Source: Eledone cirrhosa (lineage: Eukaryota). Taken from it: a DNA stretch of 64,000 nucleotides. Shown piece after piece: positions 22,933 to 37,900 of this stretch. The stretch's first letter is position 1; each line of letters starts with the position of its first letter. The stretch is from contig OZ024741.1 in the NCBI GenBank assembly GCA_964016885.1, forward strand, positions 387,500,001 to 387,564,000. The letters are read 5' to 3'. The translations under genes and the position numbers were made by a program. The notes beneath the pieces were generated by a model, which was given only the letters and a program-made list of their open reading frames with translations, searched no databases and was not told the origin of the DNA.

Positions 22933-25900
22933 GGAATACTGGAGTTTTGTTAAGTTGTGGAATAGTGGAGTTTTGTTAAGTTGTGGAATAGTGAAGTTGT
23001 GGAATAGTGGAGTGTTGTGAGATTGTGGAATAGTGGAGTTTTGTGAAGTTGTGGAATACTAGTGTTGTGAAATTGTGGAATAGTGGAATGTTGTGAGGTT
23101 GTAGAATAGTGGAGTGTTGTGAGGTTGTGGAATAGTAGAATGTTGTGAGATTGTGGAATAATAGTGTTGTGAAATAGTTGAATATTTTAAATTGTGGAAT
23201 GTTTAGAGGTTGTGGAATAGTGGATTGTTGTGAGGCTGTGGAATAGTGTAGTGTTGTGAAGTTGTGGAATAGTGGAATGTTGTGATGTTGTGGAATAGTG
23301 AAATACTGGAGTGTTGTAAGGCTGTGGAATAGTGGAATGTTGAGAGATTCTGCAATAGTGGAGTGTTGTGAAGTTGTGGAATAGTGGAATGTTGTGATGT
23401 TCTGGAATAGTGGAGTGTTGTGAAGTTGTGAAATAGTAGAGTGTTGTGAGTTTGAGGAATAGTGGAATGTTGTGAGGTTGTGGAATAGTGAAATGTTGTG
23501 AGGTTGTGGAATAGTGGAGTGTTGGGAAGTTGTGGAATAGTGGAATAGTAGAATGTGAGGTTGTGGAATACTGGAGTGTTGTGAAGTTGTGGAATACTGG
23601 AGTGTTGTGGAATAGTGGAGTCTGGTGAAGTTGTGGAATAGTGGAATGTTGTGGAATTGTGGAATAGTGGAATGTTGTGAAGTTGTGGAATACTAACGTG
23701 TTGTAAGGCTGTGGAGTGTTGTGGAATAGTGGAATGCTGTGAGGTTGTGGAATAGTGGAATGTTGTGAGGTTGTGGAATAGTGGAGTGTTGTAAGGCTGT
23801 GGAATAGTGGAATGTTGTGAGCTTGTGGAATAGTGGAATGTTGTGAGCTTGTGGAATACTGGAGTGTTGTGAAGTTGTGGAATGTTGTGAGGTTCTGGAA
23901 TAGTGGAGTGTTGTGAAGTTGTGGAATAGTGGAATGTTGTGAGGTTGTGGAATAGTGGAATGTTGTGAGGTTCTGGAATACTGGAGTGTTGTAAGGTTCT
24001 GGAATAGTGGAGTGTCGTGAAGTTGTAGAATATTGGAGTGTTGTGAAGTTGTAGAATATTGGAGTGTTGTGAAGTTGTAGAATATTGGAGTGTTGTGAAG
24101 TTGTGGAATAGTGGAATGTTGTGAGGTTGTGGAATAGTGGAATGTTGTGAGGTTGAGGAATAGTGGAATGTTGTGAGGTTGAGGAATAGTGGAATGTTGT
24201 GAGGTTGTGGAATAGTGGAGTGTTGTGAAGTTGTGGAATAGTGAAATGTTGGGAGGTTGAGGAATAGTGGAATGTTGTGAGGTTGTGGAATAGTGGAGTG
24301 TTGTGAAATTGTGGAATAGTGGTGTGTTGTGAGGTTGTGGAATAGTGGAATGTTGTGAGGTTGTGGAATAGTGGAATGTTGTGAGGTTGTGGAATAGTGG
24401 AATGTTGTGAGGTTGTGGGGTACTAGAGTGTTGTGAAATTGTGGAATAGTGGAATGTTGTGAGGTTCTGGAATAGTGGAATGTTGTGAGATTGTGGAATA
24501 GTGGAATGTTGTGAGGTTCTGGAATACTGGAGTGTTGTGAGGTTCTGGAATAGTGGAGTGTTGTGAAGTTGTAGAGTATTGGAGTGTTGTGGAATAGTGG
24601 AATGTTGTGAGGTTCTGGAATAGTGGAATGTTGTGAGGTTGTGGAATACTGGAGTGTTGTGAAGTTGTGGAATAGTAGAACGTTGTGAGGTTGTGGAATA
24701 GTAGAATGTTGTGAGGTTGTGGAATACTGGAGTGTTGTGGAATACTGGAGTGTTTTGAAATTGTGAAATTGTAGAATAATGGTGTGTTGTGAGGTTGTGG
24801 AATAGTGGAATGTTGTGAGGTTGTAGAATAGTGGAATAGTGGAATTTTGTGAAGTTGTGGAATAGTGGAATGTTGTGGAATAGTGGAGTGTAGTGAAGTT
24901 GTGGAATAGTGGAGTGTTGTGAAGTTGTGGAATAGTGGAACGTTGTGAGGTTGTGGAATAGTGGAGTGTTGTAAGGCTGTGGAATAGTGGAATGTTGTGA
25001 GGTTGTGGAATAGTGGAATGTTGTGAGCTTGTGGAATACTGGAGTGTTGTGAGGTTGTTGAATAGTGGAATGTTGTGAGGTTCTGGAATAGTGGAGTGTT
25101 GTGAAGTTGTGGAATAGTGGAATGTTGTGAGGTTGTGGAATGTTGTGAGCCTGTGGAATACTGGAGTGTTGTGAAGTTGTATAATATTGGAGTGTTGTGA
25201 AGTTGTAGAATATTGGAGTGTTGTGAAGTTGTGGAATAGTGGAATGTTGTGAGGTTCTGGAATAGTGGAATGTTGTGAGGTTCTAGAATACTGGAGTGTT
25301 GTGAGGTTATGGAATAGTGGAGTGTTGTGAAGTTGTAGAATAGTGGAGTGTTGTGAAGTTGTGGAATAGTGAAATGGTGTGAGGTTCTGGAAAAGTGGAA
25401 TGTTGTGAGGTTGAGGAATAGTGGAATGTTGTGAGGTTGTGGAATAGTGGAGTGTTGTGAAATTGTGGAATAGTGGTGTGTTGTGAGGTTGTGGAATAGT
25501 GGAATGTTGTGAGGTTGTGGAATAGTGGAATGTTGTGAGGTTGTGGAATAGTGGAATGTTGTGAGGTTGTGGGATACTAGAGTGTTGTGAAATTGTGGAA
25601 TAGTGGAATGTTGTGAGGTTCTGGAATACTGGAGTGTTGTGAGGTTGTGGAATAGTGGAATGTTGTGTGGTTCTGGAATAGTGGAATAGTGTAATGTTGT
25701 GAGGTTGTGGAATAGTGGAATGTTGTGAGGTTCTGGAATACTGGAGTGTTGTGAGGTTCTGGAATAGTGGAGTGTTGTGAAGTTGTAGAATATTGGAACG
25801 TTGTGAGGTACTGGAATAGTGAAATGTTGTGAAGTTGAGGAATAGTGGAATGTTGTGAGGTTGTGGAATAGTGGAATGTTGTGAGGTTGTGGAATACTGG

Positions 25901-28900
25901 AGTGTTGTGAAGTTGTGGAATAGTGGAACGTTGTGAGGTTGTAGAATAGTAGAATGTTGTGAGGTTGTGGAATACTGGAGTGTTGTGAAATTGTGGAATA
26001 ATGGTGTGTTGTGAGGTTTTGGAATAGTGGAATGTTGTGAGGTTGTGGAATAGTGGAATGTTGTGAGGTTGTGGAATAGTGGAATGTTGTGAAGTTGTGG
26101 AATAGTGGAATGTTGTGAGGTTGTGGAATAGTAGAATGTTGTGAGGTTGTGGAATACTGGAGTGTTGTGAAGTTATAGAATACTGGAGTGTTGTGGAATA
26201 GTGGTGTGTTGTGAGGTTCTGGAATAGTGGAATGTTGTGAGGTTGTGGAATAGTGGAATGTTGTGAGGTTCTGGAATACTGGAGTGTTGTGAGGTTCTGG
26301 AATAGTGGAGTGTTGTGAAGTTGTGGAATAGAACGTTGTGAGGTTGTGGAATAGTAGAATGTTGTGTGGTTGTGGAATACTGGAGTGTTTTGAAATTGTG
26401 AAATTGTAGAATTATGGTGTGTTGTGAGGTTGTGGAATAGTGGAATGTTGTGAGGTTGTAGAATAGTGGAATAGTGGAATGTTGTGAAGTTGTGGAATAG
26501 TGGAATGTTGTGGAATAGTGGAGTGTTGTGAAGTTGTGGAATAGTGGAACGTTGTGAGGTTGTGGAATAGTGGAGTGTTGTAAGGCTGTAGAATAGTGGA
26601 ATGTTGTGAGGTTGTGGAATAGTGGAATGTTGTGAGCTTGTGGAATACTGGAGTGTTGTGAGGTTGTTGAATAGTGGAATGTTGTGAGGTTCTGGAATAG
26701 TGGAGTGTTGTGAAGTTGTGGAATAGTGGAATGTTGTGAGGTTGTGGAATAGTGGAATGTTGTGAGCCTGTGGAATACTGGAGTGTTGTGAAGTTGTATA
26801 ATATTGGAGTGTTGTGAAGTTGTAGAATATTGGAGTGTTGTGAAGTTGTGGAATAGTGGAATGTTGTGAGGTTCTGGAATAGTGGAATGTTGTGAGGTTC
26901 TAGAATACTGGAGTGTTGTGAGGTTATGGAATAGTGGAGTGTTGTGAAGTTGTAGAATAGTGGAGTGTTGTGAAGTTGTGGAATAGTGGAATGTTGTGAG
27001 GTTCTGGAAAAGTGGAATGTTGTGAGGTTGAGGAATAGTGGAATGTTGTGAGGTTGTGGAATAGTGGAGTGTTGTGAAATTGTGGAATAGTGGTGTGTTG
27101 TGAGGTTGTGGAATAGTGGAATGTTGTGAGGTTGTGGGATACTAGAGTGTTGTGAAATTGTGGAATAGTGGAATGTTGTGAGGTTCTGGAATACTGGAGT
27201 GTTGTGAGGTTGTGGAATAGTGGAATGTTGTGTGGTTCTGGAATAGTGGAATAGTGGAATGTTGTGAGGTTGTGGAATAGTGGAATGTTGTGAGGTTGTG
27301 GAATAGTGGAATGTTGTGAGGTTCTGGAATACTGGAGTGTTGTGAGGTTCTGGAATAGTGGAGTGTTGTGAAGTTGTAGAATATTGGAGTGTTGTGGAAT
27401 AGTGGAACGTTGTGAGGTACTGGAATAGAGAAATGTTGTGAAGTTGAGTAATAGTGGAATGTTGTGAGGTTGTGGAATAGTGGAATGTTGTGAGGTTGTG
27501 GAATAGTGGAGTGTTGTGAAATTGTGGAATAGTGGTGTGTTGTTAGGTTGTGGAATAGTGGAATGTTGTGAGGTTGTGGAATAGTGGAATGTTGTGAGGT
27601 TGTGGGATACTAGAGTGTTGTGAAATTGTGGAATAGTGGAATGTTGTGAGGTTCTGGAATACTGGAGTGTTGTGAGGTTGTGGAATAGTGGAATGTTGTG
27701 TGGTTCTGGAATAGTGGAATAGTGGAATGTTGTGAGGTTGTGGAATAGTGGAATGTTGTGAGGTTCTGGAATACTGGAGTGTTGTGAGGTTCTGGAATAG
27801 TGGAGTGTTGTGAAGTTGTAGAATATTGGAACGTTGTGAGGTACTGGAATAGTGAAATGTTGTGAAGTTGAGGAATAGTGGAATGTTGTGAGGTTGTGGA
27901 ATAGTGGAATGTTGTGAGGTTGTGGAATACTGGAGTGTTGTGAAGTTGTGGAATAGTGGAACGTTGTGAGGTTGTAGAATAGTAGAATGTTGTGAGGTTG
28001 TGGAATACTGGAGTGTTGTGAAATTGTGGAATAATGGTGTGTTGTGAGGTTTTGGAATAGTGGAATGTTGTGAGGTTGTGGAATAGTGGAATGTTGTGAG
28101 GTTGTGGAATAGTGGAATGTTGTGAAGTTGTGGAATAGTGGAATGTTGTGAGGTTGTGGAATAGTAGAATGTTGTGAGGTTGTGGAATACTGGAGTGTTG
28201 TGAAGTTATAGAATACTGGAGTGTTGTGGAATAGTGGTGTGTTGTGAGGTCCTGGAATAGTGGAATGTTGTGAGGTTGTGGAATAGTGGAGTGTTGTAAG
28301 GCTGTGGAATAGTGGAATGTTGTGAGCTTGTGAAATAGTGGAATGTTGTGAGCTTGTGGAATACTGGAGTGTTGTGAAGTTGTGGAATAGTGGAATGTTG
28401 TGAGGTTGTGGAATAGTGGAATGTTGTGAGGTTCTGGAATACTGGAGTGTTGTAAGGTTCTGGAATAGTGGAGTGTCGTGAAGTTGTAGAATATTGGAGT
28501 GTTGTGAAGTTGTAGAATATTGGAGTGTTGTGAAGTTGTAGAATATTGGAGTGTTGTGAAGTTGTAGAATATTGGAGTGTTGTGAAGTTGTAGAATATTG
28601 GAGTGTTGTGAAGTTGTAGAATATTGGAGTGTTGTGAAGTTGTGGAATAGTGGAATGTTGTGAGGTTGTGGAATAGTGGAATGTTGTGAGGTTGTGGGGT
28701 ACTAGAGTGTTGTGAAATTGTGGAATAGTGGAATGTTGTGAGGTTCTGGAATAGTGGAATAGTGGAATGTTGTGAGGTTGTGGAATAGTGGAATGTTGTG
28801 AGGTTGTGGAATAGTGGAATGTTGTGAGGTTCTGGAATAGTGAAATGTTGTGAAGTTGAGGAATAGTGGAATGTTGTGAGGTTGTGGAATAGTGGAATGT

Positions 28901-31900
28901 TGTGAGGTTGTGGAATAGTGGAATGTTGTGAGGTTGTGGAATACTGGAGTGTTGTGAAGTTGTGGAATAGTGGAACGTTGTGAGGTTGTGGAATAGTGGA
29001 GTGTTGTGAAGTTGTGGAATACTGGAGTGTTGTAAGGCTGTGGAATAGTGGAATGTTGAGAAATTCTGGAATAGTGGAGTGTTGTGAAGTTGTGGAATAG
29101 TGGAATGTTGTGAGGTTGTGGAATAGTGGAATGTTGTGAGGTTGTGGAATAGTGGAATATTGTGAGGTTCTGGAATAGTGGAGTGTTGTGAAGTTGTGAA
29201 CTAGTAGAATGTTGTGAGTTTGAGGAATAGTGGAATGTTATGAGGTTGTGGAATAGTGGAATGTTGTGAGGTTGTGGGATACTAGAGTGTTGTGAAATTG
29301 TGGAATAGTGGAATGTTGTGAGGTTCTGGAATACTGGAGTGTTGTGAGGTTGTGGAATAGTGGAATGTTGTGTGGTTCTGGAATAGTGGAATAGTGGAAT
29401 GTTGTGAGGTTGTGGAATAGTGGAATGTTGTGAGGTTCTGGAATACTGGAGTGTTGTGAGGTTCTGGAATAGTGGAGTGTTGTGAAGTTGTAGAATATTG
29501 GAGTGTTGTGGAATAGTGGAACGTTGTGAGGTACTGGAATAGTGAAATGTTGTGAAGTTGAGGAATAGTGGAATGTTGTGAGGTTGTGGAATAGTGGAAT
29601 GTTGTGAGGTTGTGGAATAGTGGAGTGTTGTGAAATTGTGGAATAGTGGTGTGTTGTGAGGTTGTGGAATAGTGGAATGTTGTGAGGTTGTGGAATAGTG
29701 GAATGTTGTGAGGTTGTGGGATACTAGAGTGTTGTGAAATTGTGGAATAGTGGAATGTTGTGAGGTTCTGGAATACTGGAGTGTTGTGAGGTTGTGGAAT
29801 AGTGGAATGTTGTGTGGTTCTGGAATAGTGGAATAGTGGAATGTTGTGAGGTTGTGGAATAGTGGAATGTTGTGAGGTTCTGGAATACTGGAGTGTTGTG
29901 AGGTTCTGGAATAGTGGAGTGTTGTGAAGTTGTAGAATATTGGAACGTTGTGAGGTACTGGAATAGTGAAATGTTGTGAAGTTGAGGAATAGTGGAATGT
30001 TGTGAGGTTGTGGAATAGTCGAATGTTGTGAGGTTGCGGAATACTGGAGTGTTGTGAAGTTGTGGAATAGTGGAACGTTGTGAGGTTGTAGAATAGTAGA
30101 ATGTTGTGAGGTTGTGGAATACTGGAGTGTTGTGAAATTGTGGAATAATGGTGTGTTGTGACGTTTTGGAATAGTGGAATGTTGTGAGGTTGTGGAATAG
30201 TGGAATGTTGTGAGGTTGTGGAATAGTGGAATGTTGTGAAGTTGTGGAATAGTGGAATGTTGTGAGGTTGTGGAATAGTGGAATGTTGTGAGCTTGTGGA
30301 ATAGTGGAATGTTGTGAGCTTGTGGAATACTGGAGTGTTGTGAAGTTGTGGAATAGTGGAATGTTGTGAGGTTCTGGAATAGTGGAGTGTTGTGAAGTTG
30401 TGGAATAGTGGAATGTTGTGAGGTTGTGGAATAGTGGAATGTTGTGAGGTTCTGGAATACTGGAGTGGTGTAAGGTTCTGGAATAGTGGAGTGTCGTGAA
30501 GTTGTAGAATATTGGAGTGTTGTGAAGTTGTAGAATATTGGAGTGTTGTGAAGTTGTAGAATATTGGAGTGTTGTGAAGTTGTAGAATATTGGAGTGTTG
30601 TGAAGTTGTGTAATAGTGGAATGTTGTGAGGTTGAGGAATAGTGGAATGTTGTGAGGTTGTGGAATAGTGGAGTGTTGTGAAATTGTGGAATAGTGGTGT
30701 ATTGTGAGGTTGTGGAATAGTGGAACGTTGTGAGGTTGTGGAATAGTGGAATGTTGTGAGGTTGTGGGGTACTAGAGTGCTGTGAAATTGTGGAATAGTG
30801 GAATGTTGTGAGGTTCTGGAATAGTGAAATAGTGGAATGTTGTGAGGTTGTGGAATAGTGGAATGTTGTGAGGTTCTGGAATACTGGAGTGTTGTGAGGT
30901 TCTGGAATAGTGGAGTGTTGTGAAGTTGTAGAATATTGGAGTGCTGTGGAATAGTGGAACGTTGTGAGGTACTGGAATAGTGAAATGTTGTGAAGTTGAG
31001 GAATAGTGGAATGTTGTGAGGTTGTGGAATAGTGGAATGTTGTGAGGTTGTGGAATACTGGAGTGTTGTGAAGTTGTGGAATAGTGGAACGTTGTGAGGT
31101 TGTGGAATAGTGGAGTGTTGTGAAGTTGTGGAATACTGGAGTGTTGTAATGCTGTGGAATAGTGGAATGTTGAGAAATTCTGGAATAGTGGAGTGTTGTG
31201 AAGTTGTGGAATAGTGGAATGTTGTGAGGTTGTGGAATAGTGGAATATTGTGAGGTTGTGGAATAGTGGAATGTAGTGAGGTTCTGGAATAGTGGAGTGT
31301 TGTGAAGTTGTGAACTAGTAGAATGTTGTGAGTTTGAGGAATAGTGGAATGTTGTGAGGTTGTGGAATAGTGGAATGTTGTGAGGTTCTGGAATACTGGA
31401 GTGTTGTGAGGTTCTGGAATAGTGGAGTATTGTGAAGTTGTAGAATATTGGAGTGTTGTGGAATAGTGGAACGTTGTGAGGTACTGGAATAGTGAAATGT
31501 TGTGAAGTTGAGGAATAGTGGAATGTTGTGAGGTTGTGGAAGAGTGGAATGTTTTGAGGTTGTGGAATACTGGAATGTTGTGAAGTTGTGGAATGGTGGA
31601 ACGTTGTGAGGTTGTGGAATAGTAGAATGTTGTGAGGTTGTGGAATAATGGAGTGTTGTGAAATTATGGAATAATGGTGTGTTGTGAGGTTGTGGAATAG
31701 TGGAATGTTGTGAGGTTGTGGAATAGTGGAATGTTGTGAGGTTGTGGAATAGTGGAATGTTGTGAAGTTGTGGAATAGTGGAATGTTGTGAGGTTGTGGA
31801 ATAGTAGAATTTTGTGAGGTTGTGGAATACTGGAGTGTTGTGAAGTTATAGAATACTGGAGTGTTGTGAAATTGTGGAATAGTGGTGTGTTGTGAGGTTC

Positions 31901-34900
31901 TGGAATAGTGGAATGATGTGAGGTTGTGGAATAGTGGAATGTTGTGAGGTTGTGGAATAGTGGAGTGTTGTAAGGCTGTGGAATGTTGTGAGCTTGTGGA
32001 ATAGTGGAATGTTGTGAGCTTGTGGAATAGTGGAATGTTGTGAGGTTCTGGAATACTGGAGTGTTGTAAGGTTCTGGAATAGTGGAGTGTTGTGAAGTTG
32101 TAGAATATTGGAGTGTTGTGAAGTTGTAGAATATTGGAGTGTTGTGAAGTTGTGGAATAGTGGAATGTTGTGAGGTTCTGGAATAGTGGAATGTTGTGAG
32201 GTTCTAGAATACTGGAGTGTTGTGAGGTTATGGAATAGTGGAGTGTTGTGAAGTTGTAGAATAGTGGAGTGTTGTGAAGTTGTGGAATAGTGGAGTGTTG
32301 TGAGGTTCTGGAATAGTGGAATGTTGTGAGGTTGAGGAATAGTGGAATGTTGTGAGGTTGTGGAATAGTGGAGTGTTGTGAAGTTGTGGAATAGTGAAAT
32401 GTTGGGAGGTTGAGGAATAGTGGAATAGTGGAGTGTTGTGAAATTGTGGAATAGTGGTGTATTGTGAGGTTGTGGAATAGTGGAATGTTGTGAGGTTCTG
32501 GAATACTGGAGTGTTGTGAGGTTCTGGAATAGTGGAGTGTTGTGAAGTTGTAGAATATTGGAGTGTTGTGGAATAGTGGAACGTTGTGAGGTACTGGAAT
32601 AGTGAAATGTTGTGAGGTTGTGGAATACTGGAGTGTTGTGAAGTTGTGGAATAGTGGAACGTTGTGAGGTTGTGGAATAGTAGAATGTTGTGAGGTTGTG
32701 GAATACTGGAGTGTTGTGATGTTGTGGAATAGTGAAATGTTGTGAGGTTGTGGAATAGTGGAGTGTTGGGAAGTTTTGGAATAGTGGAATAGTAGAATGT
32801 GAGGTTGTGGAATACTGGAGTGTTGTGAAGTTGTGGCATACTGGAGTGTTGTGGAATAGTGGAGTCTGGTGAAGTTGTGGAATAGTGGAATGTTGTGAAA
32901 TTGTGGAATAGTGGAATGTTGTGAAGTTGTGGAATACTGTGTTGTAAGGTTGTGGAATAGTGGAATGTTGTGAGGTTGTGGAATAGTGGAATGTTGTGAG
33001 GTTGTGGAATAGTGGAGTGTTGTGAAGTTGTGGAATAGTGGAATGTTGTGAGGTTGTGTAATAGCGGAATGTTGTGAGGTTCTAGAATACTGGAGTGTTG
33101 TGAGGTTCTAGAATACTGGAGTGTTGTGAGGTTATGGAATAGTGGAGTGTTGTGAAGTTGTTGAATATTGGAGTGTTGTGAAGTTGTGGAATAGTGGAAT
33201 GTTGTGAGGTTCTGGAATAGTGGAATGTTGTGAGGTTGAGGAATAGTGGAATGTTGTGAGGTTGTGGAATAGTGGAATGTTGTGAGGTTGTGGAATAGTG
33301 GAATGTTGTGAGGTTGTGGAATAGTGGAGTGTTGTGAAGTTGTGGAATAGTGGAATGTTGTGAGGTTGTGTAATAGCGGAATGTTGTGAGGTTCTAGAAT
33401 ACTGGAGTGTTGTGAGGTTCTAGAATACTGGAGTGTTGTGAGGTTATGGAATAGTGGAGTGTTGTGAAGTTGTTGAATATTGGAGTGTTGTGAAGTTGTG
33501 GAATAGTGGAATGTTGTGAGGTTCTGGAATAGTGGAATGTTGTGAGGTTGAGGAATAGTGGAATGTTGTGAGGTTGTGGAATAGTGGAATGTTGTGAGGT
33601 TGAGGAATAGTGGAATGTTGTGAGGTTGTGGAATAGTGGAGTGTTGTGAAATTGTGGAATAGTGGAATGTTGTGAGGTTCTGGAATACTGGAGTGTTGTG
33701 AGGTTGTGGAATAGTGGAATGTTGTGTGGTTCTGGAATAGTGGAATAGTGGAATGTTGTGAGGTTGTGGAATAGTGGAATGTTGTGAGGTTCTGGAATAC
33801 TGGAGTGTTGTGAGGTTCTGGAATAGTGGAGTGTTGTGAAGTTGTAGAATATTGGAGTGTTGTGGAATAGTGGAACGTTGTGATGTTGTGGAATAGTGGA
33901 ATGTTGTGAGGTTGTGGAATACTGGAGTGTTGTGAAGTTGTGGAATAGTGGAACGTTGTGAGGTTGTGGAATAGTAGAATGTTGTGAGGTTGTGGAATAC
34001 TGGAGTGTTGTGAAGTTGTGGAATAATGGTGTGTTGTGAGGTTGTGGAATAGTAGAATGTTGTGAGGTTGTGGAATAGTGGAATGTTGTGAAGTTGTGGA
34101 ATGTTGTGAGGTTGTGGAATAATAGAATGTTGTGAGGTTGTGGAATACTAGAGTGTTGTGAAGTTATAGAATACTGGAGTGTTGTGAAATTGTGGAATAT
34201 TGGAGTGTTGTAAGGTTCTGGAATAGTGGAGTGTTGTGAAGTTGTAGAATATTGTAGTGTTGTGAAGTTGTGGAATAGTGGAATGTTGTGAGGTTCTGGA
34301 TTAGTGGAATGTTGTGAGGTTCTAGAATACTGGAGTGTTGTGAGGTTATGGAATAGTGGAGTGTTGTGAGGTTGTAGAATATTGGAGTGTCGTGAAGTTG
34401 TGGAGTAGTGGAATGTTGTGAGGTTCTGGAATAGTGGAATGTTGTGAGGTTGAGGAATAGTGGAATGTTGTGAGGTTGTGGAATAGTGGAGTGTTGTGAA
34501 GTTGTGGAATAGTGAAATGTTGGGAGGTTGAGGAATAGTGGAATAGTGGTGTATTGTGAGGTTGTGGAATAGTGGAATGTTGTGAGGTTGTGGAATAGTG
34601 GAATGTTCTGCGGTTCTGGAATACTGGAGTGTTGTGAGGTTCTGGAATAGTGGAGTGTTGTGAAGTTGTAGAATATTGGAGTGTTTTGGAATAGTGGAAC
34701 GTTGTGAGGTACTGGAATAGTTAAATGTTGTGAAGTTGAGGAATAGTGGAATGTTGTGAGGTTGTGGAATAGTGGAATGTTGTGAGGTTGTGGAATACTG
34801 GAGTGTTGTGAAGTTGTGGAATAGTGGAACGTTGTGAGGTTGTGGAATAGTAGAATGTTGTGAGGTTGTGGAATACTGGAGTGTTTTGAAATTGTGAAAT

Positions 34901-37900
34901 TGTGGAATAATGGTGTGTTGTGAGGTTGTGGAATAGTGGAATGTTGTGAGGTTGTGGAATAGTGGAATGTTGTGGAATAGTGGAGTGTTGTGAAGTTGTG
35001 GAATAGTGGAACGTTGTGAGGTTGTGGAATAGCAGAATGTTGTGAGGTTGTGGAATACTGGAGTGTTGTAAGGCTGTGGAATAGTAGAATGTTGTGAAAT
35101 TGTGGAATAGTGGTGTGTTGTGAGGTTGTGGAATAGTGGAATGTTGTGAGGTTTTGGAATAGTGGAATGTTGTGAGCTTGTGGAATACTGGAGTGTTGTG
35201 AAGTTGTGGAATAGTGGAATGTTGTGAGGTTCTGGAATAGTGGAGTGTTGTGAAGTTGTGGAATAGTGGAATGTTTTGAGGTTCTGGAATACTGGAGTGT
35301 TGTAAGGTTCTGGAATAGTGGAGTGTTTTGAAGTTGTAGAATATTGGAGTGTTGTGAAGTTGTAGAATATTGGAGTGTTGTGAAGTTGTGGCATAGTGGA
35401 ATGTTGTGAGGTCGTGGAATAGTGGAGTGTTGTGGAATAGTGAAATGTTGGGAGGTTGAGGAATAGTGGAATGTTGTGAGGTTGTGGAATAGTGGAGTGT
35501 TGTGAAGTCGTGGAATACTGGAGTGTTGTGGAATAGTGGTGTGTTGTGAGGTTGTGGAATAGTGGAGTGTTGTGAAGTTGTGGAATAGTGGAACGTTGTG
35601 AGGTTGTGGAATAGTAGAATGTTGTGAGGTTGTGGAATACTGGAGTGTTTTGAAATTGTGAAATTGTGGAATAATGGTGTGTTGTGAGGTTGTGGAATAG
35701 TGGAATGTTGTGAGGTTGTGGAATAGTGGAATGTTGTGAGGTTGTGGAATAGTGGAATGTTGTGGAATAGTGGAGTGTTGTGAAGTTGTGGAATAGTGGA
35801 ACGTTGTGAGGTTGTGGAATAGCAGAATGTTGGGAGGTTGTGGAATACTGGAGTGTTGTGAAGTTATGGAATACTGGAGTGTTGTGAAATTGTGGAATAG
35901 TGGTGTGTTGTGAGGTTGTGGAATAGTGGTGTGTTGTGAGGTTGTGGAATAGTGGAGTGTTGTAAGACTGGAATAGTGAAATGTTGTGAGGTTGTGGAAT
36001 GTTGTGAGCTTGTGGAATACTGGAGTGTTGTGAAGTTGTGGAATAGTGGAACGTTGTGAGGTTGTGGAATAGCAGAATGTTGTGAGGTTGTGGAATACTG
36101 GAGTGTTGTAAGGCTGTGGAATAGTAGAATGTTGTGAAATTGTGGAATAGTGGTGTGTTGTGAGGTTGTGGAATAGTGGAATGTTGTGAGGTTTTGGAAT
36201 AGTGGAATGTTGTGAGCTTGTGGAATACTGGAGTGTTGTGAAGTTGTGGAATAGTGGAATGTTGTGAGGTTCTGGAATAGTGGAGTGTTGTGAAGTTGTG
36301 GAATAGTGGAATGTTTTGAGGTTCTGGAATACTGGAGTGTTGTAAGGTTCTGGAATAGTGGAGTGTTGTGAAGTTGTAGAATATTGGAGTGTTGTGAAGT
36401 TGTAGAATATTGGAGTGTTGTGAAGTTGTGGCATAGTGGAATGTTGTGAGGTTGTGGAATAGTGGAATGTTGTGAGGTTCTAGAATACTGGAGTGTTGTG
36501 AAGTTGTGGCATAGTGGAATGTTGTGAGGTCGTGGAATAGTGAAATGTTGGGAGGTTGAGGAATAGTGGAATGTTGTGAGGTTGTGGAATAGTGGAGTGT
36601 TGTGAAGTCGTGGAATACTGGAGTGTTGTGGAATAGTGGTGTGTTGTGAGGTTGTGGAATAGTGGAGTGTTGTGAAGTTGTGGAATAGTGGAACGTTGTG
36701 AGGTTGTGGAATAGTAGAATGTTGTGAGGTTGTGGAATACTGGAGTGTTTTGAAATTGTGAAATTGTGGAATAATGGTGTGTTGTGAGGTTGTGGAATAG
36801 TGGAATGTTGTGAGGTTGTGGAATAGTGGAATGTTGTGAGGTTGTGGAATAGTGGAATGTTGTGAGGTTGTGGAATAGTGGAATGTTGTGGAATAGTGGA
36901 GTGTTGTGAAGTTGTGGAATAGTGGAACGTTGTGAGGTTGTGGAATAGCAGAATGTTGGGAGGTTGTGGAATACTGGAGTGTTGTAAGGCTGTGGAATAG
37001 TAGAATGTTGTGAAATTGTGGAATATTGGTGTGTTGTGAGGTTGTGGAATAGTGGAATGTTGTGAGGTTGTGGAATAGTGGAGTGTTGTAAGGCTGTGGA
37101 ATAGTGGAGTGTTGTGAGCTTGTGGAATACTGGAGTATTGTGAAGTTGTGGAATAGTGGAATGTTGTGAGGTTCTGGAATAGTGGAATGTTTTGAGGTTG
37201 TGGAATAGTGGAATGTTGTGAGGTTCTGGAATAGTGGAATGTTGTGAGGTTCTGGAATACTGGAGTGTTGTAAGGTTCTGGAATAGTGGAGTGTTGTGAA
37301 GTTGTAGAATATTGGAGTGTTGTGAAGTTGTAGAATATTGGAGTGTTGTGAAGTTGTGGCATAGTGGAATGTTGTGAGGTTGAGGAATAGTGGAATGTTG
37401 TGAGGTCGTGGAATAGTGGAGTGTTGTGGAATAGTGAAATGTTGGGAGGTTGAGGAATAGCGGAATGTTGTGAGGTTGTGGAATAGTGGAGTGTTGTGAG
37501 GTCGTGGAATACTTGAGTGTTGTGGAATTGTGGAATAGTGGTGTGTTGTGAGGTTGTGGAATAGTGGAATGTTGTGAGGTTCTGGAATACTGGAGTGTTG
37601 TGAGGTTGTGGGGTACTAGAGTGTTGTGAAATTGTGGAATAGTGGAATGTTGTGAGTTTCTGGAATAGTGGAATGTTGTGAGGTTGTGGAATAGTGGAAT
37701 GTTGTGAGATTCTGGAATACTGGAGTGTTGTGAGGTTCTTGAATAGTGGAGTGTTGTGAAGTTGTAGAATATTGGAGTGTTGTGAAGTTGTGGAATAGTG
37801 GAATGTTGTGAGGTTCTGGAATAGTGAAATGTTGTGAAGTTGAGGAATAGTGGAATGTTGTGAGGTTGTGGAATACTGGAGTGTTGTGAAGTTGTGGAAT